A stretch of DNA of 63,724 bases, filler included, from Octopus bimaculoides (taxonomy: Eukaryota): assembly GCF_001194135.2 (NCBI RefSeq). It is 5 parts of 5 records of this genome, joined end to end, with 100 filler letters (N's around TTAATTAATTAA, not from the genome) between each part and the next. Parts side by side here need not be neighbours in the genome. Positions count along the whole stretch, not along the records: positions 26,199 to 48,629 come from NC_068981.1; 4 more parts are not named here. One strand, 5' to 3'. A model generated the notes under the pieces. The model made no database searches. It saw only the letters and a list, made by a program, of their open reading frames with translations, and was not told the origin of the DNA. Positions 26,670 to 40,404 of the stretch are shown one piece after another. Both the position numbers and the translations under genes were made by a program. Numbering within the stretch: position 1 is the stretch's first letter; every line of letters starts with the position of its first letter.

Positions 26670-29130
26670 GTATGTATATATGTATTTATGTGAGGGATTA
26701 CTGAAAAGTTCCTGAACAGCAGCATGTGTATGTATGTGTGTGTAAGCTTGTCAGCATGTGTGTCTTTGGATTCTGTTCTGAAAATAACTTGAGGTTTAAC
26801 TACGACCATAGCGGATAATGGCTAGTTGCAGTCCTGACGAATTAGGTCATACTACTATTCACTGTGAATGGAATTTAGATTGTTTTTTTAGAGGCTGGCT
26901 GCCATTCTTCTCTCTACTCACTTGTCAAAAGAAAAAAAAATAATATACAAAAAATATATTTTAGTAAGTATCCAAATCTATTTATTTATTTAACTTCTAC
27001 TTATTTAATCGTGAGAATTTCAATTTTTAGTATTAGTATAAATCTTTATTTTATTTATTTAGATAATTAGACTTATTCATTAATAGTTTGGGTTATTATA
27101 TATATTTTGTTAAATTAATTTGTCTATATAATAAAGGGGGCACGATTCGCCATGTATCATGGAAGTCAAACATTTTAAGATCCATTTTTTTGTTTCTCTT
27201 ATTCATTTTTAATGTAATCTTTGACTATATGTTTCTGTTAATGTAGGTGCACTCACATATAAAAGATAGTATTTGGCTACGTACTTCATCAATAACTTTA
27301 ATTCCACACGCTCGCCTTACATTCTCACATACACATTTTCACACAACCCATTCAACAATTACACATACACCAATATACTTCACCCCACTAACCGACACCA
27401 GTATAGTTCAACATATTTATACACAAAGGTAAAGAATAGCAAACGTTCTAACAAATACTACGGCTCATTATATGTGAAACAATTCTAACATATACATGAA
27501 CACATTATGCTTGCTTCCAGAAAAGAAAAACATGGATATCCTCCCTTTTTACTTTTTTCCCCTCCCTTATACACTCAGCACTTCTCTTGTACCTCTCACG
27601 AAGATTCTCATATTTTCTTTCTTTTCTTCTGATGAACGGATAACACCCGAAAGGTTAAGGTGTTTTTTTCATCAAATGAAAGCTTTGAACTAATAGCTAA
27701 TCCGTCAGAAATTGCTTACTAGTTTTCTTTTTTAAATATTTATTGTGCCTACGTATGCGTGTGTGTGTACATAATATATATATGTGTGTGCGTGTGTGTG
27801 TGTGTATGTGTTAGTGTATATTTAATTTTTTTAATTATATATATAATTAAAAACTATCCTACTCAAATCTTGAAATGTAGAGAAGACTGCACCAATATTC
27901 GTGTCCGTCAGATCTAAGTATCGAAACCACAGACTTAATGATCCTGTGTCCAACGACTAAGCCACATGCCATCATACATAGTAATATGCATAACTATAAA
28001 TTATGAATAACGTGAAATATCAAACAGAAGCGACATTTTTTTCATATAAGATCTCATTTTACATAATTCACAACAAATATTAATTAATTTGAGTTTATTT
28101 GTCTTATTTTCTTTCATATAAAATAATATTTATTTGAAGACGGTTTTGTATAAAATTGTTTCATTGCTTTCGCCTCTCGACGGATGTCAAGGACGTCTCT
28201 TTTGTTCCTATTCGACATCTTTGCTTGTAATTGTGTGTGTGTATGTGCGCGTGTGAGTTTGTGCGTGTGTGTTTATACTTGTTTAAATATATGTATATAT
28301 AAGATATGTAGTAATATGTATATGTATATATAAGATATGTAGTAATATGTATATGTATATATATATGTAGTAATGNNNNNNNNNNNNNNNNNNNNNNNNN
28401 NNNNNNNNNNNNNNNNNNNNNNNNNNNNNNNNNNNNNNNNNNNNNNNNNNNNNNNNNNNNNNNNNNNNNNNNNNNNNNNNNNNNNNNNNNNNNNNNNNNN
28501 NNNNNNNNNNNNNNNNNNNNNNNNNNNNNNNNNNNNNNNNNNNNNNNNNNNNNNNNNNNNNNNNNNNNNNNNNNNNNNNNNNNNNNNNNNNNNNNNNNNN
28601 NNNNNNNNNNNNNNNNNNNNNNNNNNNNNNNNNNNNNNNNNNNNNNNNNNNNNNNNNNNNNNNNNNNNNNNNNNNNNNNNNNNNNNNNNNNNNNNNNNNN
28701 NNNNNNNNNNNNNTGATATATATATATATGATTGAATCCAGACAAGTATAACGTTATCAATAAAAAATACCAGAGTTATAGTAATGAAATTAAAACAAGC
28801 CGAACATATAGAATGATTAACCATGCTTGAAACATAAATCACAACGAGAACTTCACGTCCATTCCAAATGAAGATTAATTAACGCAGCCAAGTAAAATCT
28901 GATAAAATAGTAAACATATCTTGAACATTATAAATGTCAAAATCAAGAGTGCCAAAAAGAACAAGCAATGGAATATCGGCAACGATGTAGTCATGTGATT
29001 CAGCAGTACTGGAAACAAAATTAATGGTAGCTTTATCCAATGTAATGTTTTTGGTTAGAATTCTTCCATCTTGACTTCCTTATTCACCATGACTTAATAT
29101 TTTCCCAGAAATATTGCACTATAAAAGATA

Positions 29131-30600
29131 TATTAGATTGGAAATAAAGTGTTGTCGAATTTATGAAATGATTCCATTGAGAATACTTTTTCAATATTAA
29201 TGATAAAAAAAAGCATTAACCTTCACTTTCTAGTGTTTTCTTCCTTTGCACATTACTTTATATTGGTTAAATGCGCTTCGATTTTACTCCCTTAAAATGA
29301 GTTTAGATCAGACCCACATCAGACACTTCCTCTGTATGAATTCAAAATGGGCTTTTCAGTATTAAAAGCAGCAAGAAATATGTATCTGGACATGCCAACG
29401 ATCGTTTCACTAGTTTCGTTCGTGAAATTTTTCTTCCTCAAATATTTTCATCCTAGGCTACGAAGATCAGGCAATGTTGAGCTTCTGAAAATCGTAGTTG
29501 AGGAAAATCCGAAGCTTCATGAGAATTAACAAAACCGTTTAGTTCAAAATATACTTTAACGAACTAGGAAAAATGTCTAAGCTTGGCTAGAGGATTTCTG
29601 AAATTCTCTGCTCATCATTGACAAGTAAACTTGTCACCAAACCTTTCCTGAGCAGAATTATGACAAGTGATGAAACATGGGTTCTCTATAATCATATCAA
29701 ACGAAAGCAACAACTGTTTGTAGCCAATAGAAAAAGGTGGAATTCATCTGCAAACCAGGACTAGACGTGAAAAATGTTATGCTCTGTGTTTGTTGGTATA
29801 AGATAAGCGTCGTCTTTCATGAAGTGTTAAACGAAAACGAAACTGAAATAATATATTTCTAAATCTTTCAAAGAGATTTATGCAGTAGCAGTACGATAGA
29901 GTGATAGTATGTTGTCAACTTAATGTGACAATCCCATAATAGGGAAGAATGCTACTGGAGTAGCGTGGCTGATGATGAGCAATGACTCTGGAACTAGTCT
30001 CTGGATGCTGGCTTTGCTGGGTGAAGGTGCTTGTCTCCACTTTGAAAACATAAGGACACAGGAAATGTATCAAGTCCAACAGGAAACGGTGTTTCCTAGG
30101 GTTAAATAACAGTAGCATTCTTCCCTTTTATGGGACTGTCAAAACGAAACAGTTAATGCGGAGAAGTATTGACGTTGCTTGAAAACATTGCACAAAATTT
30201 GTAGAAAAAAGCATACATCGTGGGTCAGTATTAAAGGGGTGTAACTCTCACACAATAAAGTCAGACCAGAAATTGTTCACCCAGGAGAATATTTCGGCAC
30301 AAAATATAAAAATTTTGTCTTATCCTCCCTATTCTCCTGATTTTATTCTATGTAACTATTAATTTTTTAAATCATTGCAACGTTATTTAGAGATGCAGAG
30401 AATAAAAAAGATACCACGTCTTTAATTGCTTTAAAAACTGATGACATTTATACTCGAGAATCAAAATTTGCATAATTTATGGGACAGTATTATCAAGAAT
30501 GAGGTGAAATATTATCTAGAATAAATATATGAATTTAGACCAAAAGAGAATTTGCTTTTTGTCCAACCTAAAATGGGACCGAATTTTTTCAACATAATAC
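29131..30600 (+). mobile_element. Decayed mariner transposon
   Basis: RIMTSDETWVLY, VMLCV.W, NETVNAEKY, YPPYSPD; TIRs only weakly recognisable; contains a pLTR insertion. Confidence 0.75.
29844..30140. mobile_element. Short Penelope-type insertion with inverted 5' part and 10-bp TSD
   Basis: 29907-29956 is the reverse complement of the 3' end at 30111-30141/18681-18730; aaaacgaaac at 29834-29843 and 30141-30150. Confidence 0.7.
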
Positions 30601-30714
30601 GTAGACTAAGAATGGACATTACATTTTTATTATTTTATTCCACCCAAGATGTAGCTTATGAAAACATAAACATGAACGGTTTTCTACATAGTGAAATGTA
30701 CAAATATTCTTTTC

Positions 30715-31072
30715 TACTCTAGGCACAAGGTCCGAAATTTTTGAGAAGAGGGCCAGTCGATTAGATCGACTCCAGTACGGCAGTGGTACAAAGTCGATCT
30801 CGGCAGAATTTGAACTCAGAACGTAAAGACACGAAATACCTATTTCTTTACTGCCCACAAGGGGCTACACACAGAGGGGACAAACAAGGACAGACAAACG
30901 GATTAAGTCGATTATATCGACCTCAGTGCGTAACTGGTACTTAATTTATCGATCCCGAAAGGATGAAAGGCAAAGTCGACCTCAGCGGAATTTGAACTCA
31001 GAACGTAACGGCAAACGAAATACCGTTAAGGATTTCGCCCGGCGTGCTAACGTTTCTGCCAGCTCACCACCT
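30715..31072 (-). mobile_element. Two stacked family B SINEs
   Basis: Two copies of the cgacc..gaaaggatgaaaggcaaagtcgacctc core with different tails. Confidence 0.85.
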
Positions 31073-31184
31073 TTGAAATGTACAATTATTAATACCTTCA
31101 GTATCTACTGTTATACATACATAACAATATTAATAATAAATCCGCCCTTTTAAAGCCTCATGGGCCCGGTTTCCCGGTTTCAAT

Positions 31185-31378
31185 GGCATATGTATTCCCC
31201 AGCTGGATGGGACGTCAGTCCATCGCAACGTTACTCATTTTTGCTAGCTGAGTGGACTAGAGCAACGTGAAATGAAGTGTTTTCTTCAAGAATATAACGC
31301 GTCGACCGGTCCAGGAATCGAAACCACAATCTTACGATCATGGTACCGACACACTAACCACTAAGCCACGCGCCTCCA
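31185..31378 (-). mobile_element. tRNA-SINE (family C-like head, different body)
   Basis: Minus strand tggaggcgcgtggcttagtggttag...ggtttcgattcc head. Confidence 0.7.
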
Positions 31379-31405
31379 CACATACATACATACATACATA
31401 CATGC

Positions 31406-31456
<51 letters not shown>

Positions 31457-32121
31457 CACAAATATTTACAAATTATGAAAGCGAATTAAGAGAGAGGCCT
31501 TGGTGGTAATGTTCTTATGGATGAAGGGAAGAAAAATTGTTATAAGGAAATGTTCTTTTAGCTCGACTTGTATTTAGCGTGATCGAACGGACATCCCGTT
31601 GCGTTTTACTAAAACATACAGTATTACATAACTTTATTTAGCAATACACTATATTATGTAAAAATATAAAGTCGATGATGTTTCTTCAGAATTTGATGAC
31701 AAAAGTAATTGTGGTCCCCGCAACACATCAATGGATTTCTTCAGCTGACTCTACCGTAGCAGAATAACAAGTCAAATGTTATATTGAAAATATATAGACG
31801 TCCTGTTGCGCTGATATATCACATCTCTGTGTAATTGTATCAAATTCCTCACAAATATTACATGCTGCGAAAGTCATAGACTTTTTGCTACGACTTTCAT
31901 ATGTTTATTTGAAGTTATGAAATAAATGTTGAGGATTTAAAGAATAAAATTAAAACTATATCCGACATTTTAAAAATTTTTATAGAAATATTGAAGAAAT
32001 AGAAACAAGAGATTACCAATTGAAAAGAGCAAACAGCAGGGTGTTAGATATCAACTTATTTGATGTAACATATCTCGTATATCTGGTTATAAATAAGTTT
32101 TGAAAGAAATTTTCAAAACAG

Positions 32122-32280
32122 GCTAGGCTGTGTGGTTAAGATGTTTGCTTCACAAGCTCGTAGTTTCGGGTTCAATCCCACTACGCCTAAGTATGCGGTT
32201 CCATGGGCAAATGTTTTCTACTATACCTCCGAGGCAACCGATGGCTTGTGAGTGAATTTTGTAGATGGAATGAAATTTGT
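32122..32280 (+). mobile_element. Family A SINE 5' part
   Basis: ggctgtgtggttaagatgtttgcttc...gggttcaatcccact...cttgtgagtgaattt. Confidence 0.7.
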
Positions 32281-32981
32281 GTAGAACCTAATAGTGTGTG
32301 TGTGTGTATATATGAAAACACTTGAGTTCTTTTTCTTTTATATATATGTATTTGTATGTATGTATGTATGTATGTATGTGCATATGTGTGTTTACGTATN
32401 NNNNNNNNNNNNNNNNNNNNNNNNNNNNNNNNNNNNNNNNNNNNNNNNNNNNNNNNNNNNNNNNNNNNNNNNNNNNNNNNNNNNNNNNNNNNNNNNNNNN
32501 NNNNNNNNNNNNNNNNNNNNNNNNNNNNNNNNNNNNNNNNNNNNNNNNNNNNNNNNNNNNNNNNNNNNNNNNNNNNNNNNNNNNNNNNNNNNNNNNNNNN
32601 NNNNNNNNNNNNNNNNNNNNNNNNNNNNNNNNNNNNNNNNNNNNNNNNNNNNNNNNNNNNNNNNNNNNNNNNNNNNNNNNNNNNNNNNNNNNNNNNNNNN
32701 NNNNNNNNNNNNNNNNNNNNNNNNNNNNNNNNNNTATACATATAACAAAACGATTAGCAGTTCAAAGAATCCAGCAGCTCCCGAGTGCTGGAAGATTTAG
32801 CATCACTGATGTAAGTAGACACTGGTTATGAAACAGCTGTCAATAAATTCTCTAGGATGTCGAGTGGTTTAGCAAATATGTTCATCTCTAATTCCCACTG
32901 AATTTTTTGTGGATTATATATATATATATATAATTTACACAGGTAGCTCGGTAAAAGCTGAACACTTCGACGGGAGAATCC

Positions 32982-33033
<52 letters not shown>

Positions 33034-34396
33034 TGCACACACGATGGGCTCCCAATAAGTATATACCGAATTTTCATTAACAAGTTTCTTATATACTATG
33101 TCTCTCTCTTGCCTTCGTTCTTTCCCATTATTTTTCTCTCTCCCTCTCACTTCTATTCTAACCTTTTTTACCTACTCCTTTTCTCTCACTCTCCCTCTAG
33201 TATTCCTAGCCTTTCTCGTTCCCCTTTTATCCCCCTCCCTTTTTTTCTCTGTTATTCCTTTCCCTGCTGTCCTTTTCCTCTGCCTGCTGCTATCACGTGA
33301 CCAGCTGCCAGTTCCCGCTTTTCTTCCTTTCTTACACTGGTCGCCCAGCTGACTAGTCGCAAATTCTGTCACACCCTTCTTCATCCTACAAGACACTTTC
33401 TAAGCCTTAACCCACTATTCCCGTCTCCTTGGCGCCAAGGCCGTATCTTCTTCGATTGGTCGTCCTCATCCACCATCCTAAGTCACATTCTGTGCCGTTT
33501 ATTTTTTGTTTGCTCTTGTCCCTAATTCTCCGCAAGACAACTTTTTTTGCGGGTACCATCAATTGGAAATCACTCAATCTTATCGTTAAAGGTGCGAAAC
33601 AGAATATTACCAATTGGTCGATAACTGATGAAGAATTACGGACCTTCTGTTTGTCTCCCGTTCGTTTTTAAACTAAGTATGCGTTATGTTGTTTTTTTTA
33701 TACATTTTTCATATATATATATATATATATAGCGTTTGGCCGTACGGCTTTTGAATGTTGTTTTCACTGTCCATTTTTTCCTGTCTTGGTTTGTGTTTGC
33801 CACCTTGGAATCCTCTGTGTAGTGGGTTGATCCACTACTCAGGAAGAGACTATTCTAGAGTACGTTCTGTCTTGTCTTCGAAACGTCTAGATAGAATAGA
33901 GACAGCTGATGAAGGGATATTCCAAGTGGCTTTCCGTTTTCCTATGTGTTCGTTCCGTTGTCTGTAGTTTATTGTTCTAACGTCCTGTACCCTGATATGC
34001 ATGTATATACACATGTAGATGTAAGTATGTACATATATGTGTGTATACATGTATATATATTCTTTGTATTATTATATATATATATATATATATATACGTG
34101 TGTGTATGCGTCTGTATATGTGCATGTTGTTGTATTTGTCTTCTTCATTGTTTGATAACTGGTATTGGTTTGTTTATGTTGGCGAACATTAGCGCCTGGG
34201 TAAAATTAATGTTAAAATAAATTCCAAACAGTAAAATTTGCACTTAGGTCGGTTTGGTCGACGCAACCCTTCAAGATATTGCCCCAACATGACCGCGTTC
34301 CTATGACTAAAACTACAGAAAAAATAAAACAATAAGGACACTCTGTAAATAAAATTTCCGCGTGCATATCACGTGTTTTTTTCTTTTCTGCTCTAT

Positions 34397-35036
34397 GGAA
34401 CAAGACCCGAAATTTTTGGGTAGGGGGTCAGTCGATTAGATCGACCCCAGTACGCAATTGCTACTTAATTCATCGACCCCGAAAGGATGAAACGCAAAGT
34501 CGACCACGGCTGAATTTGAACTCAGAACGTAAAGACAGACAAAATACTTCTAAGCATTTCGCCCGGCGTGCTAACGTTTCTGCCAGCTCGTCGCCTTCCG
34601 CTATTTGAAATATTATTTTTTACACTAGGAACAAGGCCCGAAATTTTTGGGGAGGGGCCCACTCGATTAGATCGACCCCAGAACTCAACTGGTACTTAAT
34701 TTATCGACCCCGAAAGGATGACAGGCAAAGTGGATCTCGGCAGAATTTGAACTGAGAACGTAAAGTCATAGGAAATACCGCTAAGCATTTCGCCCGGCGT
34801 GCTAACGTTTCTTATTTCTTTATTGCCTACAAGGGGCCAAACATACAGGGGACAAACAAAGGGATTAAGTCGATTACATCGACCTCAGTGCGTAAGTGGT
34901 ACTTAATTTATCGACCCCGAAGGGATGAAAGCCAAAGTCGACCTCGGCGGAATTTGAACTTAGAACGTAACGGCAGACGAAATACCGCTAAGGATTTCGC
35001 CCGGCGTGCTAACCTTTCTGCCAGCTCGCGGCCTTA
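34397..35036 (-). mobile_element. Three stacked family B SINEs
   Basis: Three consecutive cores; two tail types. Confidence 0.88.
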
Positions 35037-36307
35037 GACACATATACACATATTGTTCATTAATGACTTATGTGAGTAGCTTCAAGACGTTAATTCTGAG
35101 GTTAGGGTTGTATATCACGTTTGTATGATTTGTAAGAACTAATGCACAATGTTAGAAATTATACCTCATATTAACACCATATCAAGAAGAGATAATAATT
35201 TCTCACTCAATTAACGTAGCATATAATGGAAAAAAGCCGTACATCTCTTTGTGAGTGCGCTTAGCGCAATGGCGGATTTAGAAATTCTATGCAAACATTT
35301 CTAAGATAACAAACCGACATGTTTTTACGTACGACTCACTGAACCCTTTAACTTAGTTAAGACGCTCTGTTTGACACCATTGAAATTTAATGAAAGCAAG
35401 ACATTGTAAAGAAATTAGTATTTCGTTTACTTTATTCCATGCAGAACGATCCTGTAACATGTTATCGTCCTAAGGGAAAATTGCGTAACGTTAATTTGGT
35501 CTTTCTTTGACGTTTGTATTCATTTTTATTCGTAATTATTTTCCTCATATTTTTTTTTCTTTACAGCGATGTACTTGTAAACATTTTGATAGAAAGAATA
35601 TTTCGATAAAACGTCTGGAGGCAATGTTGTGAGATAATATTAACCAATATTCCATTGTACCCTAAGGGAAGAAAATTACATGAAGATGGATTATAACGAA
35701 TCAAACCATAGCTTAAAGACATCAGTTTGCTCTTTTACGCTTGAGATAAAAATAAATAAATAAATAAACGAACATTTCTACTGAGTTATTTGTTTTTCGA
35801 AAGGCAAACATCATTAAAAATTTATTGGAATTCCAAATGATAAATCAATCTTACTCCATTAATATCCCGCCATATTTTTCAGAGATTCCATCCAAATGTT
35901 TTAAAGAACTCATTACTACTCTAAAGAGTCTCATGCCCATTTTTAATCGTTTGTAATTTGTCTTCATGGAGACCTAAAAAGATATAAATTAATTTATGGA
36001 GAAGCGAATGAGTTCATCGTTATAATTTTCCCGTGACCCCTAATTTTATAAGGTTGATAACTCGCTGCGTCCTCGTTAATTGTTTTATTTTGTGTTCGCT
36101 GAGCAAACTTTATTTCATTAATTAGTGAAATGAAATTGGTCGCATCATTTTAAAATTTCATCAGGTTATAATTTTCTGTTTAGATGTATAAATGGATTTG
36201 TAACAAATGTGCGTGCATCCGTTGAATTTTACATTTCCTTGTAATTAAACCCAAAATTTCTAAAGGAAAACTTTTTAGCAGACAACTTAACGCCGTCAGC
36301 GCCTTAC

Positions 36308-36434
36308 CAGATGTCACACTTCAAAACTGACCTCTGGTTATAACATAGCGTAATTGAAGGGGTAGATTCTGTATTAGCCGCTGTGATACGAGGGACAAAC
36401 AGTATTACAAGCAACATTCTTATAATCTTCAGCT
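36308..36434 (-). CDS. Candidate host exon encoding a signal-peptide-like N-terminus (MLLVILFVPRITAA...SVLKCDI)
   Basis: Acceptor ctgcttctttgttgCAG at 36435-36437, ATG at 36417, donor GTAAGG at 36307; a perfect CAG|GTGAGT donor lies upstream at 36972. Confidence 0.35.
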
Positions 36435-36791
36435 CTGCAACAAAGAAGCAGAACACGCGACATTGCTTATGAAAATAAAAACACGACCAGAAAATAGCAA
36501 TATTCCAGTCTATCATAACATAAAAAAGAGATTAAAATCAGATAATAGCTAAATATATTTTGAGCGATATGGCTATTGATATCGCCTTCAAAACAAAATA
36601 TTGTGTCGAGCTGCTTCAGAATATCAGCAAAACGTTCATAAATATATAATAGTAATTGTTCGGTTGAGAACAATCGAGTGTAAAGGTTAAAACATTAAAT
36701 ATATATATATATATATGTGTGTGTGTGCGTGTGTAGGTATATATATNNNNNNNNNNNNNNNNNNNNNNNNNNNNNNNNNNNNNNNNNNATA

Positions 36792-36825
<34 letters not shown>

Positions 36826-37465
36826 CATGCATACATATACATATTTATGTTTACGTTTAAATTTTCTACAATGGTGTAGATGACAGAGACAAGCAGAGTG
36901 ACTGACAGGAAGCAATTACTGGATTTAATGTCATCCTCCACATTTCAAGTTTTAAAATTTCATCAGACTCACCTGTGACACTTTTAACGCCAAAGTCAAA
37001 ATTATAAAGAATAATAATATTCAATATATTATTATTCCTAATAATTTTAACTTAGAAATGATGAACTGTGACCTATATCCATTACAAATATTAGATGTTT
37101 CTTCATCTGTAATAGATAAGAACATTTGTTACATCACAATTTCCTTTTTAAATATGTAACAGTTACGTAATACACCTTTATCGCGATTTTCTAATAAATT
37201 CGGCATGACACTGTTCATGACTACCTGACAAGGTGTGTGTAGCGAAGGGCTTTTCAATTACAGATGGAGTCAATCCGGCCGGTTTACACATAGATCCCAT
37301 GTATCAAATTTTGCTGTAAAGTCTTGGGTTCATTCGAAATAATTACCAAATTACCAAATGTGCTACAATGTGGCATCAAAGTAGAAACCTAATGGTTGTA
37401 AAACGATATTTCTTAACCATTCTGTTATGGACACACCAACGTACACACACACACACACGCACGTG

Positions 37466-37805
37466 TGCAGAGCTCCTCTCACGCTGGGACTCTGTCAATT
37501 ACGACAAGGGTTCCAGTTGATTTTTTCAATGAAACATCCAGCTCGTGAAATTAATATGCAAGTGGCTGAGCGCTCCGCAGATGCGCGTAACCTTAAAATA
37601 GTTTCTCTGCGAGATTCAGCGTGAAAAAGAATGCGACAAAGCTGGCCCTTTAAAACACAGGTACAACTCATTTTTGCCAGCTGAATGGACTGGAACCAAG
37701 TGAAATAAAATGTCTTGTTCAAGGACATAAGCGCCGCTGGTAATCGAACTCACGACCATACACTCGTTAACCAAATACCCTAACCACTAAGCCACGCACC
37801 TTCAC
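37466..37805 (-). mobile_element. Family C-related SINE
   Basis: Reverse complement matches ctcagccacttgca.attaatttcacgagc...actggaaccct. Confidence 0.8.
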
Positions 37806-38124
37806 CACACACACACATACATACACGTCAACCATTCGAACTATTATTTTTCTAAATGACTTGACACAAAACAACTTGTATATTTTTTTCCATTACTCTC
37901 AATTTTTCCTTCCTTCTTCTCCACTTCTTCATTTTGTTATCTCTTTAACTTTCCAAAGATCTCAAACCGAAAACGCCAAAAACACTTAAAGCTTTCGTCA
38001 TCTTTCGTTGAGTGTTAAGCGAGTAATTACGCTTTATTTTCACTGTTTTTTTATTTTCGTCGTAAATTTTTTAAACACCTCCAACCCACCGCGCACAAAA
38101 ACGCACATAAACACATGTACCCAC

Positions 38125-38171
<47 letters not shown>

Positions 38172-38299
38172 CCAAACAGACACATACACATATATTAGCG
38201 TGTCTCTGTGTGCGTTTTTCTTTTGTGTGTGTGTGTGTTGGTGCACAAACACGGGAGTTGGACTGGAAGCAATGAAAAGGTAGACCTTACGTTTGTTTA

Positions 38300-39420
38300 T
38301 TTACCCCCTCATGTTGTTTAACTGGTATATATTAAGTAGAGTAACTCATTCGCTCTAGCAACCCTGACTCTTCCGCCTGTTCTTTTTTAATTGCAGCAAA
38401 GTAAGCGCTTCCAATAAGAAGCAATGTGCTATCATTGACCTTTTGAAGAAGGAGCAGCGCAAGCTGTTCGATGTCTGCAGAAATCTGTGGGTTGTTTACA
38501 GAGATGACGTTAAGGACAAGAATAATGTGCATAAATCCATAGAAAGGTTTAAAGGAGGAGAAATCAGAATGAAGGTTAACCACGCCGTAGGAGACCACCA
38601 ATAGCAACCAGCGTTATTGAGCACTAGCGATTTGACAGACTGATTAGAGGGGATCGATTTTACAAACCATGAGCTTGTTGCACGACTGGACTCCGGTTAC
38701 AATGCATTACAGAAGACGGTGGAAAACATTGGGCTTCGGAAGATGGTTGCAATTCAAGTGGGCAATTCAAATGGTGACGTTCGATTTGATGGAGACAGTG
38801 CTGGAAGTCTGTTGTAGCCTACTGGAAGCATTTGAGGCTTATGAAAATTATATATATATATTTTCTATCTGGAAAGAGGGGATGAAATATGAGCACATTT
38901 TTTTGATCCGGAAACGGAGGATCAGTTCATAAACTGACGTCACAGATCTTCTCCAGCATCTAAGAAGTTTAAGAGTCAGCGATGTGCACAAAATGTAATA
39001 ATGAATGCTCTGATGACATTTAATGATGACAAAGACGTTATTCTCCATGGTTTTCAGGAACTTGCTTGTACAATGAGCAGCGAACGTTAAGACAACCAAA
39101 ACGCTCAGAGAAGCTATTAGAAGGAAGAAACTGAGTAAAAATCTGAAAGCGATCCTCATTTACCATGACAAAGCACAACCACAGACACTTGTGACAATCG
39201 ATCAGGCAACTGACAACATCACCTTTTCTGGTCCACAATCCTCCGTACGGATTTGATCTGGTCATCACCGACATCAAGCTATTTAAGTACCCGGGAACAA
39301 AAAATTGATGCAACAGACTACATGAACGGGAGTACAGTAATACACGCCTACGCTTCTTTCAAATAGGATTCAAAAAATGGTTTCAACGATGGCTGAGATG
39401 AATCACTTGTGATTGAAACT
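38300..39420 (+). mobile_element. Second decayed mariner transposon
   Basis: FFDPETEDQF..*RHRSSPASKKFKSQR, IYHDKAQP (HDNARPH), HNPPYGFDLVITDIKLF (HPPYSPDLAPSDFHLF); boundaries approximate. Confidence 0.75.
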
Positions 39421-39770
39421 ACATTGAATTGCAGCTTTCTATAGACGAAGGAGTACTCAACCAGCATGCCTACATTTACATTACGTTCGGTGTAAGCACC
39501 GTGTGTAAGGGTGTGTCTACATACATATATTCATGCATACATACATGCATACATACATGCATGCATACATGCATACATATATACAAGTATGTGTTTAGAA
39601 GTAGCAGTGAACTGTAGTGTTAAAGCCGAAGCATCTTTTCGAATTTTACACTTTGATATGTCTCTTTAGGCGAAGCTTTGAAGGCAATATCATCTTTAAA
39701 GAAAAGTAAAGCTGTAGACAAAAGAAATACATACATGTATTAATATACATGAATATAAATATATGTGTGC

Positions 39771-39801
<31 letters not shown>

Positions 39802-39898
39802 CGTGCACGCGAGTGTGTATACATGCATACTTACACAGAGACAATCACACACACACACATATTCACATACACACACAAACATATTTTTGTGCACATAT

Positions 39899-39932
<34 letters not shown>

Positions 39933-40221
39933 GAACACAAAAATGCAAAAGATATGCGCACAACACAAACATATATACATGTATGTATGTATATTTATCT
40001 ATATATATGCATATACATGCACATAGCTATATTTCTTTCGCTTAGATTCGATATTGACTTCAAAGTTTCGCCGAAGATGGCTTATCTAACTGGAAATTTT
40101 GAAACAAATTTCAGATTCATTGCTTTGAAGCAAATGCTAACATACACATATGCATACACACAAGCGCGCACACACACGCATGTATATCTGTATTTGTGTA
40201 TGCGAGTGTGTACGTATACAT

Positions 40222-40282
<61 letters not shown>

Positions 40283-40364
40283 TAAATACTAGTAAAATTC
40301 AGATATACATACATACATTTATATATATATATGCATACATACCGACATACATATATGTGTGTGT

Positions 40365-40404
<40 letters not shown>

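Noticed and set aside
28800-29090. Protein-looking minus-strand frame (ILTKNITLDKATINF...)
   Set aside because: Bounded by stops, weak splice signals, no recognisable family.
33870-33920. gaaacgtc followed by ctgatgaagg
   Set aside because: Core halves are in permuted order with no stem I between them; no fold is supported.
35567-35628. Plus-strand acceptor/donor-bounded 62-nt segment
   Set aside because: Weak donor and unremarkable peptide; expected by chance in AT-rich DNA.
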